Made by a program: the position numbers and the translations under genes. From contig OX597814.1 of NCBI GenBank assembly GCA_951406725.2, positions 173,042,001-173,106,000 on the forward strand: DNA of 64,000 nt, given 5' to 3'. Positions 42,708 through 55,416 of the stretch are shown here, piece after piece (positions within the stretch are counted from its first letter, which is position 1; each line of letters begins with the position of its first letter). The notes under the pieces were generated by a model that did not search any database, was not told the DNA's origin, and saw nothing but the letters and a program-made list of their open reading frames with translations. Source of the DNA: Octopus vulgaris. Lineage: Eukaryota.

Positions 42708-43094
42708 TCTATATATATAAAGCTGAAGTTGTCTGTGTATGGCAGGTTTGATAGGCTTCAACTAACACTATCTCCTCCGAGACCCTGCGGCACAAGTTGA
42801 CCAAAATTGAGAGTATGATAGAAGAAGGCCTGCTCTTCATTACATAGAAGAAAAAATTCAAATCGGACCATGTTAACACCAAAAATTATTTACATTAAAA
42901 AGGTGCTTTTTTTCTATGAAAATCCCTATTTTATTACTGCAGTATCGCCATTTTTTTGGTGTATTTCAACCAGAAAAATGTTCACTTAAAGAGATTAACA
43001 AGCTACATAATGCAAAATTTTTACTTTTCAAAAATTCCAATTCTAAAGGGTCGAAAACAAAACAAACCCGAGCAACGCCGGGCAATACTGCAAG
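42708..43094 (+). mobile_element. Non-autonomous Helitron H1, second copy
   Basis: A|TCtatatatataaagctgaagttgtc start; hairpin cccgagcaacgccggg; terminal CTAG mutated to CAAG|T. Confidence 0.85.
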
Positions 43095-43590
43095 TGAAAC
43101 AGTAAATTTATAATCTAGTAATGTAATGAAAGGTTTGTCAGCATGAAATATTCTGAACCCCGCACCCTATGAAGTCACATTGAAAGCACTACAATAATAA
43201 CTTATGCTCCTTTGTTTCCTTAAGATTTGCTACTTACAAAATATTCATGCCATACTAGTTATTAAAGCTAATGCTGATATTGTCATAAGCTTCACTCAGT
43301 TTCTAGCTGTTTACGTCTCGAAAGGAACCCGCTGCATCATGGCTCCTCCACTTTTATAGAGGAGCTGATCCAGAAAATAGGAATATGACTTTTCTGTTCA
43401 TGAAGACCTTTATGTGGCTGGGTTACACTTGAAGCAATTTTTTTTAAAATAATTCATAATTTCAAACAAAAGTCTGCATGACGAAATTAATAATTGATAT
43501 AGCCTTCTGCTAAAACACACTCGCAAGTATATTGTGTTTGTGTCGGGCTGTCAAAGATTTTGCCGTGCATTCCAACCACAAAATATTGAA

Positions 43591-43969
43591 GGATCTTTTC
43601 GGTTTGAATTATGACCCTAGTATCGATCTATTACATTTCAATCTGTTTTAGGGTTAGGGTTAGGGTTAGGGGTGGGGGAAAGGTATCTTTTTTTCTTCAC
43701 AAATACAAATAAACCCAATCTGTTTCTTAAACGAGGGACATATTCATACGACGCAGAATGTTTTTTACCTCAATAGACGTCAGTGATTGGTTGAAATTGC
43801 AGAAATTGAAGAAAAAAAAACAACAAATATCTTACAAACTATAGAATTTTCTCAATAAAGCCAAGAGAAAAAGATGTTTTATAAACACATTCTACCAGTA
43901 TACGAAGTTTAACATTTTTTAGTTACCTAGAAATTATGTTAAAAACTGCCGTTCAAACCGAAAAGATCC
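43591..43969. mobile_element. MITE with 18-bp TIR, 8-bp TSD and internal (TTAGGG)4
   Basis: TIR ggatcttttcggtttgaa / ttcaaaccgaaaagatcc; TSD atattgaa at 43583-43590 and 43970-43977; TTAGGG x4 at 43648-43671. Confidence 0.92.
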
Positions 43970-44829
43970 ATATTGAACATGAAAGTTGTGAAAAACTCAG
44001 GTCTGCTATAGTTGCGAAGATTGCCATGACTTCATCTGTGTACGTATGCATATAACACAGAATAGCTATGAATGAAGGGGGTGATACAGTCTACAACTCA
44101 ACATTGGAAAGATAATATTCATTTGCAACAGCATATCTTCTTAGTTAACATTACCAGTCAGTCTTTGTCTCCACTGGCTATGACTAATATAGCACAATCA
44201 TTCAGACTCAGCGATGACAAATATGTAAAACAATGAATTAGTAGAAGAGTGAACAGTGTCACAGGATGTCTGTCATTGGCAGACACGGTTTACCAACAAC
44301 GTCTTTATTGTTCATGATGACATATTTTGTAAAGCCTTTTGAACGTGGAAAGGTACAACAAAGCATAGTTTGCTTATTATACTCAGATAAAGGAATGAAC
44401 TGCTGTCTTGATTTTCGAAGATGATGCTGCATAAATTCAATAAGTAGTAAAACCATTAATGAACCGCTTACGTTGTCCTGTCGGTGTTCTTTAACTTTGA
44501 ATGATTTCTTTCCAAAATCAGTATGGTTGTGTTACTTCATATCAAGCAGTACAAAACTATTGCCGTAATTATGAATATGAAGCCTCTTTTACCGCAGACC
44601 TAGTACAAGACTTTCTCTGACAATTGGAATTTTTCTGCTGTAGATCTGTACCTGCTGCTTATTTTCTGTGAAATAAATCTGAAGAGACGTTGGATTTAAA
44701 AAGATAGGGACAAAAGGGAACCAACCAAATGTTAAGCCTGCACTTGAGCACTAGACGGTTCTGTTATGACTCATTGTGCACAATGTCGCAGAACCAAATG
44801 TGATAACTTCAAAACAGGAATTTTTATAT

Positions 44830-45308
44830 ATAGATATATATATATTTGTACGATGTGGAAAATATACCGCCAACTTTGCCCAAACGACCTAAACATTAGC
44901 TTCAAGGTTCATCCAAGACTTGGACCACGGGTTATACGTCCCCTGCCAAATTCAAGATCACAACATACATGTACACTGCAACATAATTTCTTTTCCTCAA
45001 CAGGCCCTGCCCTATTTAACATTGTCCCGAGGGAGATCAAAGAGGAAAAGGATCCCATCAACTTCAAACAGAGTCTGGATAGATTCCTTCAAAGAATACC
45101 AGATAAGCCACCCATAATTGGATACAACTCGCCCAACAAGAACTCACTACTTGAACAAAACTGGAAACAACTCACCCAACAAGAACTCACTGCTTGAACA
45201 AAACTTGACTTAAACAGGATTCGAATAATCCTATCAGGTGGTGCTATTAAGTTAGACATGGCCTGGACCAATCTCTGGTCGAAACATATCTAAGTTTATC
45301 TAAGTTTA
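44830..45308 (+). mobile_element. 5'-truncated CR1/L2-group LINE (ORF2 C-terminus, 3' UTR, short tandem tail)
   Basis: MWKIY...NFFSSTGPALFNIVPREIK...FKQSLDRFLQRIPDKP...NSLLE; tail (tatctaagtt)2. Confidence 0.85.
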
Positions 45309-45310
45309 TA

Positions 45311-45346
<36 letters not shown>

Positions 45347-45395
45347 TGTATGTATGTATGTATGTATGTATGTATGTATGTATGTATGTATGTAT

Positions 45396-45426
<31 letters not shown>

Positions 45427-45460
45427 CATATATATGTGTGCGTGTGTATGCATGTATATA

Positions 45461-45752
45461 TACGTGGTCTGATCAATAAGTATCCAAACTGTTGCCTAGT
45501 AACGAAGCTGGAGCACGCAGAGCAAAACTTCTTGACACAGATTGACTTTGAACTCTGCTGTGCATGCGCCTTAAGTTTTAACATTGTAGCTAACTTCCAC
45601 TGTTTACAGCAGTGCTTGGAAGGAATGTGTGTAGTGTGTGATCGTCGCATTGACCATGACAGAGTAAAGTTGCGCAGAGAGTCTACATCAAATTTTGCCA
45701 AAAGTTTGGCGATACCTGCTCAGAGGCCTACGCAAAGTTTCCAAAAAGTTTT
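45461..45752 (+). mobile_element. Mariner 5' end with transposase N-terminal remnant
   Basis: TA|cgtggtctgatcaataagtatcc TIR-like start; AQRVYIKFCQKFGDTCSEAY matches the QRxxIKFCxKLG helix-turn-helix start; related 5' end at 47225-47340. Confidence 0.8.
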
Positions 45753-45894
45753 CATCCTTCTCGACACTATCAAGGAAATCTTGTGTAACTGAAACTTGAG
45801 TGTCGTTTTGGTCAGCTGATACATATATCACGTGACCGACGAGGCTATTAGATGTTGCTATACATCGCTTTTGCTTTACTCTTCACGTGACGCC

Positions 45895-46063
45895 ACCCCA
45901 CTGGGTAGACGAGCAGGCCAACAATCTCCTCTGATCAAAGGAGTGGAGCATTGTGAAATAAAGTGACTTGATCAAGAACACAACGCGCCGCCCAGTGAGG
46001 GAATCGAACCAAGGATTTAGCGATCGTAAGTGCAACAGCCCAACCTCTAGGCCACGCGCCTTC
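45895..46063 (-). mobile_element. tRNA-headed SINE related to family C
   Basis: A-box tggcctagagg, B-box ggttcgattcc, then gttgtgttcttgatcaagtcactttatttcac. Confidence 0.8.
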
Positions 46064-46792
46064 ACACACACACACACACACGCACACGTAGAAACACACA
46101 CACGCGCATACGCACACACACACACGCACACACATGCACACATACGCATAAATATGCAGACTCATTTATTTAGGAATGACTTGTATCATATATTACATTT
46201 ACATACACATATAAATGAATACATACATACATTCGTACGTACACACAAAAGCACACACACACATATACACCGTTCACACAATCGATTAAGTACAATAAGT
46301 ACTCACATACATATATGTATATGTAATACATAAATATGCTTGTATGTGTGCGAGTATATCTACTTGTGTCTGTATGCGGAGAAGCAGATTTTCTCTTAAA
46401 CATGTATGATTGAATATTATGCAGTTTTTATAACTTATATATATTAAGGATTTTTCTCAGAAGACCTCCTGTATATACAAATAATTTTGTAACTAAATTA
46501 GACATCAATAGCAAAATAATATATAAAACATACATGACACGGAATAAAGGATATGAACTACACGTAAATTATATTAATTTCCCTAAACCAACACCACCCA
46601 CGTTATTGAATAGATGAACACCGAAAAACAAAGAAAAAACAAACAAACAAAAACAAAAAATATTCATCAAACAGAAAGCAGCATGCATTAATAATATATT
46701 ATTATATTATTATATAATCATGTGATGTAATCAAATAATATAATGAAATAACACCATAGAATCTAATGTAATAAATAATACATTTGTGTTTG

Positions 46793-46854
<62 letters not shown>

Positions 46855-47063
46855 TAGATAGATATAACACATATATATATATAACATATACATATATACT
46901 GTATTTGATATATTGTACAAAATTATTTATATGATAGCATGATATAATATATCTACAGTGTGTTGAGTGCCGTTGAACTCAGGGCCGATTGCAGGAAACC
47001 TTTAGTTTCAGATATGCTAACCTTTTTTCCTCCACAACAATACATATATGAATCTATCTATCA

Positions 47064-47166
<103 letters not shown>

Positions 47167-47224
47167 GATGTGTGCATATTACACATACATACATACACAG
47201 AAATACACTCATATAAATACATAT

Positions 47225-47340
47225 GTAGTCTGATCAATAAGTATCCGAACTGTTGTCATAATAACGAAGCTAAAACATCCTGAATGAAACCGCTCCGCAA
47301 GGACTGACCTTAAACTTTGCTCTGCATGCGCACTAAGTTA
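47225..47340 (+). mobile_element. Mariner 5' end fragment
   Basis: gtctgatcaataagtatcc.aactgttg...aacgaagct...gcatgcgc matches 45467-45575. Confidence 0.75.
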
Positions 47341-47722
47341 AGGAACTTATATATCTACAGCTTTGGACATATAAACGAACACCTCAAAACAAATTTACAA
47401 ACTTTAATATCTCCAATTTTGTGTGATCATTTTGTCTTCCTTTCTTTCCTGACTAACAGAATACGTAAATATGCCTTTTATTGTAGCCACACAATAAAAA
47501 ATTGAGGAAGTATGTATCTGCCAATATATACATACTGCACAACTACAAAAACTGTTAACCACAGCAAAACTTTTAAGAAGAAAAGAAAAATTCCAAAAGA
47601 AAAAGAAATTCAGAAATTCAAAAATCCAACGAGGTGAGCATCTCTTCCTCCTACTATTCTCAAAGACTGGAATATCTACAATTTTCTGTGAATATCTTAG
47701 ATCTCCCTCAAAATAAAAGAAG

Positions 47723-48598
47723 GGTACTACTAGCGAATAGTGGTCCCGGTGCGCGAACTCGCGCACTCGCGCATCCGCGCTTGCTAGACGTAAGTAGTCG
47801 ATCCTAAAACGACTTACGCGTATGCTTGTATTTCAAGGCTGAATGCATATCAAAGAAAAGTTTTTAATATTTTTCGTAAAAAGTAAATAAAACGCAAAGT
47901 AAATAATTTTTTAAACTAAGCGCAGGAGTGGCTGTGTGGTAAGTAGTTTGCTTACCAACCACATTATTCCGGGTTCAGTCCCACTGCGTGGTATCTTGGG
48001 CAAGTGTCTTCTGCTATAGCCCCGGGCCGACCAATGCCTTGTGAGTGGATTTGGTAGATGGAAACTGAAACAAGCCTGTCGTATATATGTATATATACAT
48101 ATGTGTATGTGTGTGTGTTTGTGTGTGCGTGTTTGTCCTCCTAGCATTGCTTGACAACCGATGCTGGTGTGTTTACGTCCCCATCACTTAGCGGTTCGGC
48201 AAAAGAGACCGATAGAATATGTACTGGGCTTACAAAGAATAAGTCCCGGTGTCGAATTGCTCGACTAAAGGCGATGCTCCAGCATGGCCGCAGTCAAATG
48301 ACTGAAACAAGTAAAAGAGTAAAGTGTAAAGAGTAAGTAAATAAATTATTTTTTAAAACAATGTATATATTTTTTTTATACAAATTAAATATTTTTCGAA
48401 CAAAGTAAATAAAACGCAAAGTAAATAATTTTTTAAACTAAGTAAATAAATTATTTTTATAAACAAACTAAGGTTAGGGTTAGGGTTAGGGTTAAAAGGG
48501 TTAAAAAGTCGCAGTAGGATCGACTACTTACGTCTAGCTAGCGCGGATGCGTGAGTGCGCGAGTCCGCGAACCGGGACCACTGTTCGCTAGTAGTACC
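47723..48598. mobile_element. MITE with about 92-bp GC-rich TIRs, 9-bp TSD and internal TTAGGG repeats
   Basis: TIR ggtactactagcgaa.agtggtcccgg...tagacgtaagtagtcgatccta...cgactt inverted at 48506-48598; TSD taaaagaag / taaaataag (1 mismatch); (TTAGGG)3 plus variants at 48469-48502. Confidence 0.92.
47920..48334 (+). mobile_element. SINE family B, full length, nested in the MITE
   Basis: Splits an internal repeat unit (actaag|taaataaatt) whose intact form is at 48402-48465. Confidence 0.92.
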
Positions 48599-49350
48599 TA
48601 AAATAAGTTAGGTTACTTACATACCTACAGCTTTCGAACACACAAACGATCAGCTTAGGGAAAAAAAGCCTTTATATCTACAACTAATGAGTGTCGACTT
48701 ATCCTTTCTTCTCTTCCTGAGTATTCGAAAATGTAAACATCATCGTCCTTTTTATTCTAAGACCACTACCATTTCTCTCTGTGCGGTCATACAAAAGAAC
48801 ATATTTAGTTAATCTTAAAACTTTCCTATCTACAATTTGATTTCTGTTTTTTTGACTCTCCCTGAATATTCGAAAATGTAAACATCCTTTTCATTGCAAA
48901 ATTTCTACTGTATTCTCCAATTGGACAGAGAAACGAACTTCTCTAGAAAACTTTAAAACTTTAATATATTACCCAAATACGGAAACACACCTTTTATTGC
49001 AACAGCACACTTTAATTCAGAAATTCAAAGATTCTAGGACGTGAATATCAGAATATATGTGTGTATATATATGTGTGTATGTGTGTGTATATATATATAT
49101 TATTGTTTTTTTTCTACGAGTAATTACAAATAGAACCATTGAATTGCTTCTTTTCAAGGCAGCGCTCCCAATATCCACCGGGAGTACATTAACACTACAA
49201 CTACCATTATGATAGCAGTGAAATCTGAGGTCCAACTACCACTCTTACCACTATCCCCACCCGTGTTACTGTTGCTGTTGCCGCAAACACTGCAGTTACT
49301 ACACATAAAAATAATAATATCAGTGATATCAGTGATAATAATAATAATAA

Positions 49351-49860
49351 TGAAAGGAATCGGGTGGAGCCTCATGGACTGATTAATAATGATACATCTA
49401 GTGATGGTGTCACAATAAAAACACTGTAAATGCGCAACCTGATAAGCGCTACCTCGTATGAGTGAAAAAGAAAAAAACAAAATATTGTTAATAATGGTGG
49501 TAATGAAACTGAAGCCAATGATGGAGACAGTGGTACACCCGGTAGGCTCAGAGATTCTGGTCCTGCCCCAGCCTGTCGATATCCAGAAAGGGACCACCAC
49601 ACATGGCGTAGATGGAGCAAGCAAATTAATGCTGTGGTTATGGAGAGTTACTACCTGAGCTGCCCAGTAGATGAAAAGGGTGCTCAAATTAGGGGTTACC
49701 GACAATGTATGATCATTGGAGAGAAAAGGGATTTTTCAACTCACGGAACAGAGACCATGTGATGAAGCTAGAGCAATAAGGAAAAATTGCTGGTTCACAG
49801 AAGTAGAGCTCGAAGCTATCAAAACCCGGGTCATGGAAAATAGCAGCAGAGATAACAATG
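49351..49860 (+). mobile_element. R4/Dong-clade non-LTR element, 5' end and N-terminal domain
   Basis: RWSKQINAVVMESYYLSCP...RGYRQ...[36 protein letters not shown]; begins right after (TAA)n. Confidence 0.8.
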
Positions 49861-50009
49861 AAAATACAGTTCTTACTAATAAGAGTAATCTCATAGCTCA
49901 GTATTAAATAAAACAGGTTGAAACAAAAATAGCAAATAAAATAGCACGTGTGACGTACCAGTTAAGACAACCTTTTGCACTTCCTGCATGGATGGTAAGC
50001 AAGGGATGA

Positions 50010-50737
50010 TTCTTAAATAATTTTCTTTTCCTTTTTAATCATTACAGGTGTTCCTACAATCATTGGGATTGTAACCGTCTTGAAATGCCACAACTTTTCG
50101 ATTTCGATTACCAAATCTTTATATTTTCTGAGCTTATCAAATACTTTTACCGAGATATTATGGTCACAGGGTATGCTCATGTCAATCAATAAATATACTT
50201 TTTTGCTTCTGTGTTTCACAACAATATCTGGTTGATTTGCCTTGATGCTCCTGCTTGTACATACTGGGAAGTCTCAAAGAATAGTTACATTTTCTCCTTC
50301 AGATACAACCCCAGGGTGGTGCTAGTATCATTTGTCAGCAGTTTTGATTTTATAAAGCCGAGACATTATCTAATGTAGATAGATATTGGCCAACTGTCGT
50401 GTTTTTATTTGCACTCTACAGGTGCTAAAACCTTATATCCATAGTATAAAGGTGATCCACACTTCCGATCCAAATATTTCTTTATCGGCACTATAAGTCT
50501 ACACCATTTTTCATGCCATTGGCTTGATAGTTCCAGGTCAATACACTCTGATCTAGGGCAGCCAAAATAAAGTCTCCACTCTCTGACTTTGGCCCTAAGC
50601 TCCGTAGCCACTGATGGGTGTGTTTCTGGTCTATATCAAATTGTTTCCTACGGGCCTCATATTTACCATCAGAGGTTTTTGTTCCCACCTATCAGCCAAT
50701 TGTTCAAGCGCATTTTGCATTGCTATTGATTTCACCT
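50010..50737 (-). mobile_element. R4/Dong-clade C-terminal RLE region, frameshifted
   Basis: QWLRS...ESGDFILAALDQSVLT.NYQ; PDIVVKH...LLIDMSIPCDHNISVK..DKLRKYKDLVIEIEKLW...IPMIVG (PD..D..K endonuclease). Confidence 0.88.
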
Positions 50738-50792
50738 TATTATTATTATCATTAGTAGTAGTAGTAGTAGTAGTAGTAGTGGCAGCGGCGGC

Positions 50793-50836
<44 letters not shown>
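50737..50836. repeat. (TTA)n/(TAG)n microsatellite
   Basis: Directly visible. Confidence 0.9.
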
Positions 50837-51312
<476 letters not shown>

Positions 51313-51334
51313 TGCTATTAACTTTTTCAATATT

Positions 51335-51535
51335 GAGGCAGCGAGCAGACTGAGTCATTACCGCGCTGGGCAAAATGTTTAGCGACATTTCGTTCGTCTT
51401 TCCATCCTGAGTTCAAATTCTTCCGTGATCTACTATACCTTTAGCCTTTCCGGGTCGATGAATTAAGTACCAATTAAGCACTACCCACTTTTCCCCCAAA
51501 ATTTCAGGTTTGCTGCCTATACTAAAAAGGAATTA
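51335..51535 (+). mobile_element. SINE family A, diverged monomer
   Basis: ggcagcgagc...ctgagttcaaattc...gggtcgatgaattaagtacc...ccccaaaatttcagg. Confidence 0.8.
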
Positions 51536-52231
51536 TTGTTTTTATACCGTTGTTATCACCTTATTTTTACCATTTCAGAAAAGATATAATGATTTACAGT
51601 CTTTTAATGAGCAGAATTCTGTCAAACTTTCTTTATATAAGTATCTTTGATTAATCATCGCATCGTACCTCTATTAATTCTTCTTGAATTTCTTCTCCGG
51701 CTGAATCATCATCATAATTAATTGGTTACATAATCTTGAGCTTTAGTTCAAACGAAGATAAATCAGAGAATCTTTTGTTCGTGTCAGTTTTTACCAAAAA
51801 GCACGTATCCAGAATATGTCTAAAGATCCATTTTGTTAAGTGAAGAGCGAATTTCTGCCAGCTCAGGCATGCTGTGAAATATTTTTTTTAAAATAAATAT
51901 TCTTGAAAATTTTCCAATTTTTCAGTAAATGCTTTCAATACTATTTTACAATCAATCAATGTATTAAATTTTCATTGATGTTACACTTCATTAAGCTTTC
52001 GAAATATCTAAGCTGACTTCCTCCATTTCTCTCTCTCTCACTCTTGTTCTCTCTCTTTCTACGCACACGCACACACACACATGTTTGAGAGTGTGTATGT
52101 GTATATCTTTTATGTATTTTCTTGCACTTCTAGCTTATCTCCGCCTCCTTTACTTTGTAGAAACTTAACTAAAGTATCTAAAAAGTATTTCAATGTTCTC
52201 AAACAATTTTCTTTTGAGGTCCACCTGACGT

Positions 52232-52630
52232 ACTCTCTCTTTTACTCTTTTACTTGTTTCAGTCATTTGACTGCGGCCATGCTGGAGCACCGCCTTTAGT
52301 CGAGCAAATCGACCCCAGGACTTATTCTTTGTAAGCCTAGTACTTATTCTATCGGTCTCTTTTGCCGAAACGCTAAGTTACGGGGATGTAAATACACCAG
52401 CATCGGTTGTCACGCGATGTTGAGGGGGACAAACACAGACACTCAAACACACACACACACACACATATATATACATATACATATATACGGCGGGCTTGTT
52501 TCAGTTTCCGTCTACCAAATCCACTCACAAGGCTTTGGTCGGCCCGACACTTACCCAAGGTGCCACGCAGTAGGACTGAACCCGGAACTATGTGGTTGGT
52601 AAGCAAGCTACTTACCACACAGCTAATCCT
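52232..52630 (-). mobile_element. SINE family B
   Basis: Near full-length homology. Confidence 0.9.
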
Positions 52631-53075
52631 TCGACGTGTGTATTTAGAAAAAATGTTTTACATACCATTCATTTTGATTCTATTTGGTTTTATTGATAGA
52701 TTTCATAGCACTACTAAGTGAATAACATAGAATTGGATAACTGTCTTTTAGTACAGTATCGTCTCCCTGACAAATTCAATGTATTTCAATGATTCCAAGA
52801 TATATCTTATGTGGGTGACGAGGCCTTTATTCATTCTGACCACCTATGTAGCACCATCAATTGCAACCGATACCAAATTTTTTGAAGCATCTGTTTTTCC
52901 ATAAACTTAGAAGATTAAAGAATTAAAATAAATCACCGTTAGTGTTAACATCTAAATATTTAAGAAATGGCATAACTTATTTCAATTTACAGTCACCCTT
53001 ACATTAACTTACGTAGTCCATGAGAACATAAAACATTTTATCACTTCAAAGTGAGAATAAGCATTTGAAATCGAA

Positions 53076-53141
<66 letters not shown>

Positions 53142-53699
53142 CATTATTATTATTATTATTATTATTATTTATTAAATAGAAACAATAAAATGAAAACCAC
53201 TCCTGAGTGGCTTTTTTTGGTGACTACCAAATTCATGTCCAGATTTAATATTCACAAGGTGGTTGTTGAAATGTTATATGTTGCCTAGTATGAATAGGCA
53301 CACTTCTCATCAACATTTGCTTTATATCTACCAAGTGACTACTACTACTGTTGCTGTTGCGGTTGCTGCCTCTGGTTCTGCCGCTACTCCTACTACTTCT
53401 GTAGTTACTGAAAATACTACCAGTCCCACCTCCTTTTACAGTTTGTATCGCCCCTTCTCCCAGATGTTTCAGTGTTGTGGTCAAGAACTGAGCGTATTCT
53501 TTGAAGCCATTAAATTCTGATCCTCTTAGACTGTACAATTGCATAAGTAACTCTCTTTTTCTCTTTTACTCTGAGAGAAGAAAGGAAGAGAGAGTACATA
53601 CCACAATTATGAAAATACAGCCATCAACCAAAAACCAAATGAATTTACCTGTAAGGAACACCAGTTGTTAACAACTAGAATAAATGTCAGGAAAAACTT

Positions 53700-54800
53700 A
53701 TATTTGAAACCCTAAGGCTTCTCTTTCTCTCTGTATATACATATTATACCACTTAAATTTAGTGGATATTTAAGCAATACGTTCGATAGTCGATAGGTTA
53801 GATGTGGAATTGATGAAAGTGCAATAACTCTTGAAATATGCATATACACCTATTACCTTTTTCCCATTTTTGATATTATTGTTTATATAGACCTGTTCGT
53901 ATAGGAACCGTCGTAACTTCCGGGGATAGCTTTGAATTCAAATTAAAATCTATAGAGATAAACTTAAAAGTGAAAATATCACACATCTAGCACAAAAGTA
54001 AGACACAGTATTGACTTCAAACCATCAATATACTTGATAGTATATTATGGTTGAAAAACGAAGTACTGTATCCTGCTAGCAATTAATGATATAAGAAAGC
54101 TATTGCTTATATAACATTTCTCTTACTTCAGGAGAGTTTTCTTTCCCTCCCAACAGTGTAAGCGAAATCGCTTCCTCTAAAAAATCCTGCTTTATAGAGA
54201 TAGCTGTCACTGTTGTATATCTTATAGTAACAATAATAATATCGTTGGAAGCGATGGGTTATTTCTATGAAACAGAGTGTATCAGTTATTTTGAATATCA
54301 ATGAACTAGTCATATTTAACAGCTTTTTACAATATTTCTATAGAATTATCCTCAACACCTGGATTTTGTTTCATCCAGTTATTTGACAGGATCCTTTTGT
54401 GTTAGTTTATTGTGATGGGTTGTATGTTCGAGGTATTAAGTTTAACTATGGAAGAAATACGATAATTTAGCACTGAATGTTAAGGAAGAATTATTTGGAA
54501 AAGTAGTATACGTTATGTTATTCACAGTATTTATCCAATCACGCTGACAATAATATCATTTATAAGTATAGTTCATTGTTGTATTTGTTTTAGTGTGGAA
54601 CACATGAAGCTGCTTTTTGCTAGTAAGAAAACAGTTAAGGAATTTGAGGATTACTGGAACAAGCATCTGAGCTTCTTTATATCTCATTTAACTAAACTCA
54701 GTTATCATATAGGTTATTAAAGGTTAATGTGCCGGGTATTATTTACTTCTATCAGATTTGGTAGCAGATCAACCAGTGTTTTGTTAAGAATGGAGATTCA
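53700..54800 (+). mobile_element. Highly decayed non-LTR RT, probably continuing to about 56900
   Basis: DIRKA-like (about 54088) and HADN, a YADD remnant (about 54540), in order. Confidence 0.35.
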
Positions 54801-54821
54801 CGTTATGGTAGTAGTATTTTT

Positions 54822-55097
<276 letters not shown>

Positions 55098-55252
55098 CAT
55101 GTGTGTATGTATGTATTATGTATGTATGTATGTATAGCAAAAGAGGAAGTTGTGTTTCAACGCAGGGAAAAAATATAGGAAAAATGTGTTGTTGAAAATG
55201 CATTTAAATTTCAAAAGCTCGTAAATGTTTAAAATACATTTATTTACATATA

Positions 55253-55295
55253 TACCAAACTAGTTTCAACAATATTTTTTTGTTTATCAATGGTA
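55253..55295 (-). ncRNA. Degenerate hammerhead motif
   Basis: Minus strand: tacca-TTGATAA-acaa(aaaaata)ttgt-tGAAA-CTAG-TT-tggta; 5-bp helix I, palindromic helix III AACTAGTT, two transitions in the core. Confidence 0.45.
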
Positions 55296-55326
55296 AAAGT
55301 GTAAAATTAGAAAAACATCGTTATAA

Positions 55327-55416
55327 GTTTCAATGTTGACATATCAAAATGTTTCAATGTTGACAAACTGAAATTTTCAATGTTGATAAATTAAAATGTT
55401 TCAATGGTGATAAATT
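55327..55416. repeat. About 24-bp minisatellite x4
   Basis: gtttcaatgttgacatatcaaaat unit and variants. Confidence 0.85.

Noticed and set aside
43648-43671. True telomere or chromosome-fusion scar
   Set aside because: Only four units, inside a TIR/TSD-bounded element
53245-53544. 99- and 85-aa ORFs on opposite strands
   Set aside because: Driven by degenerate trinucleotide repeats; no recognisable domain or splice context
55327-55416. CRISPR-like periodic GTTTCAAT repeats
   Set aside because: Units are contiguous with no unique spacers; eukaryotic context with no cas genes
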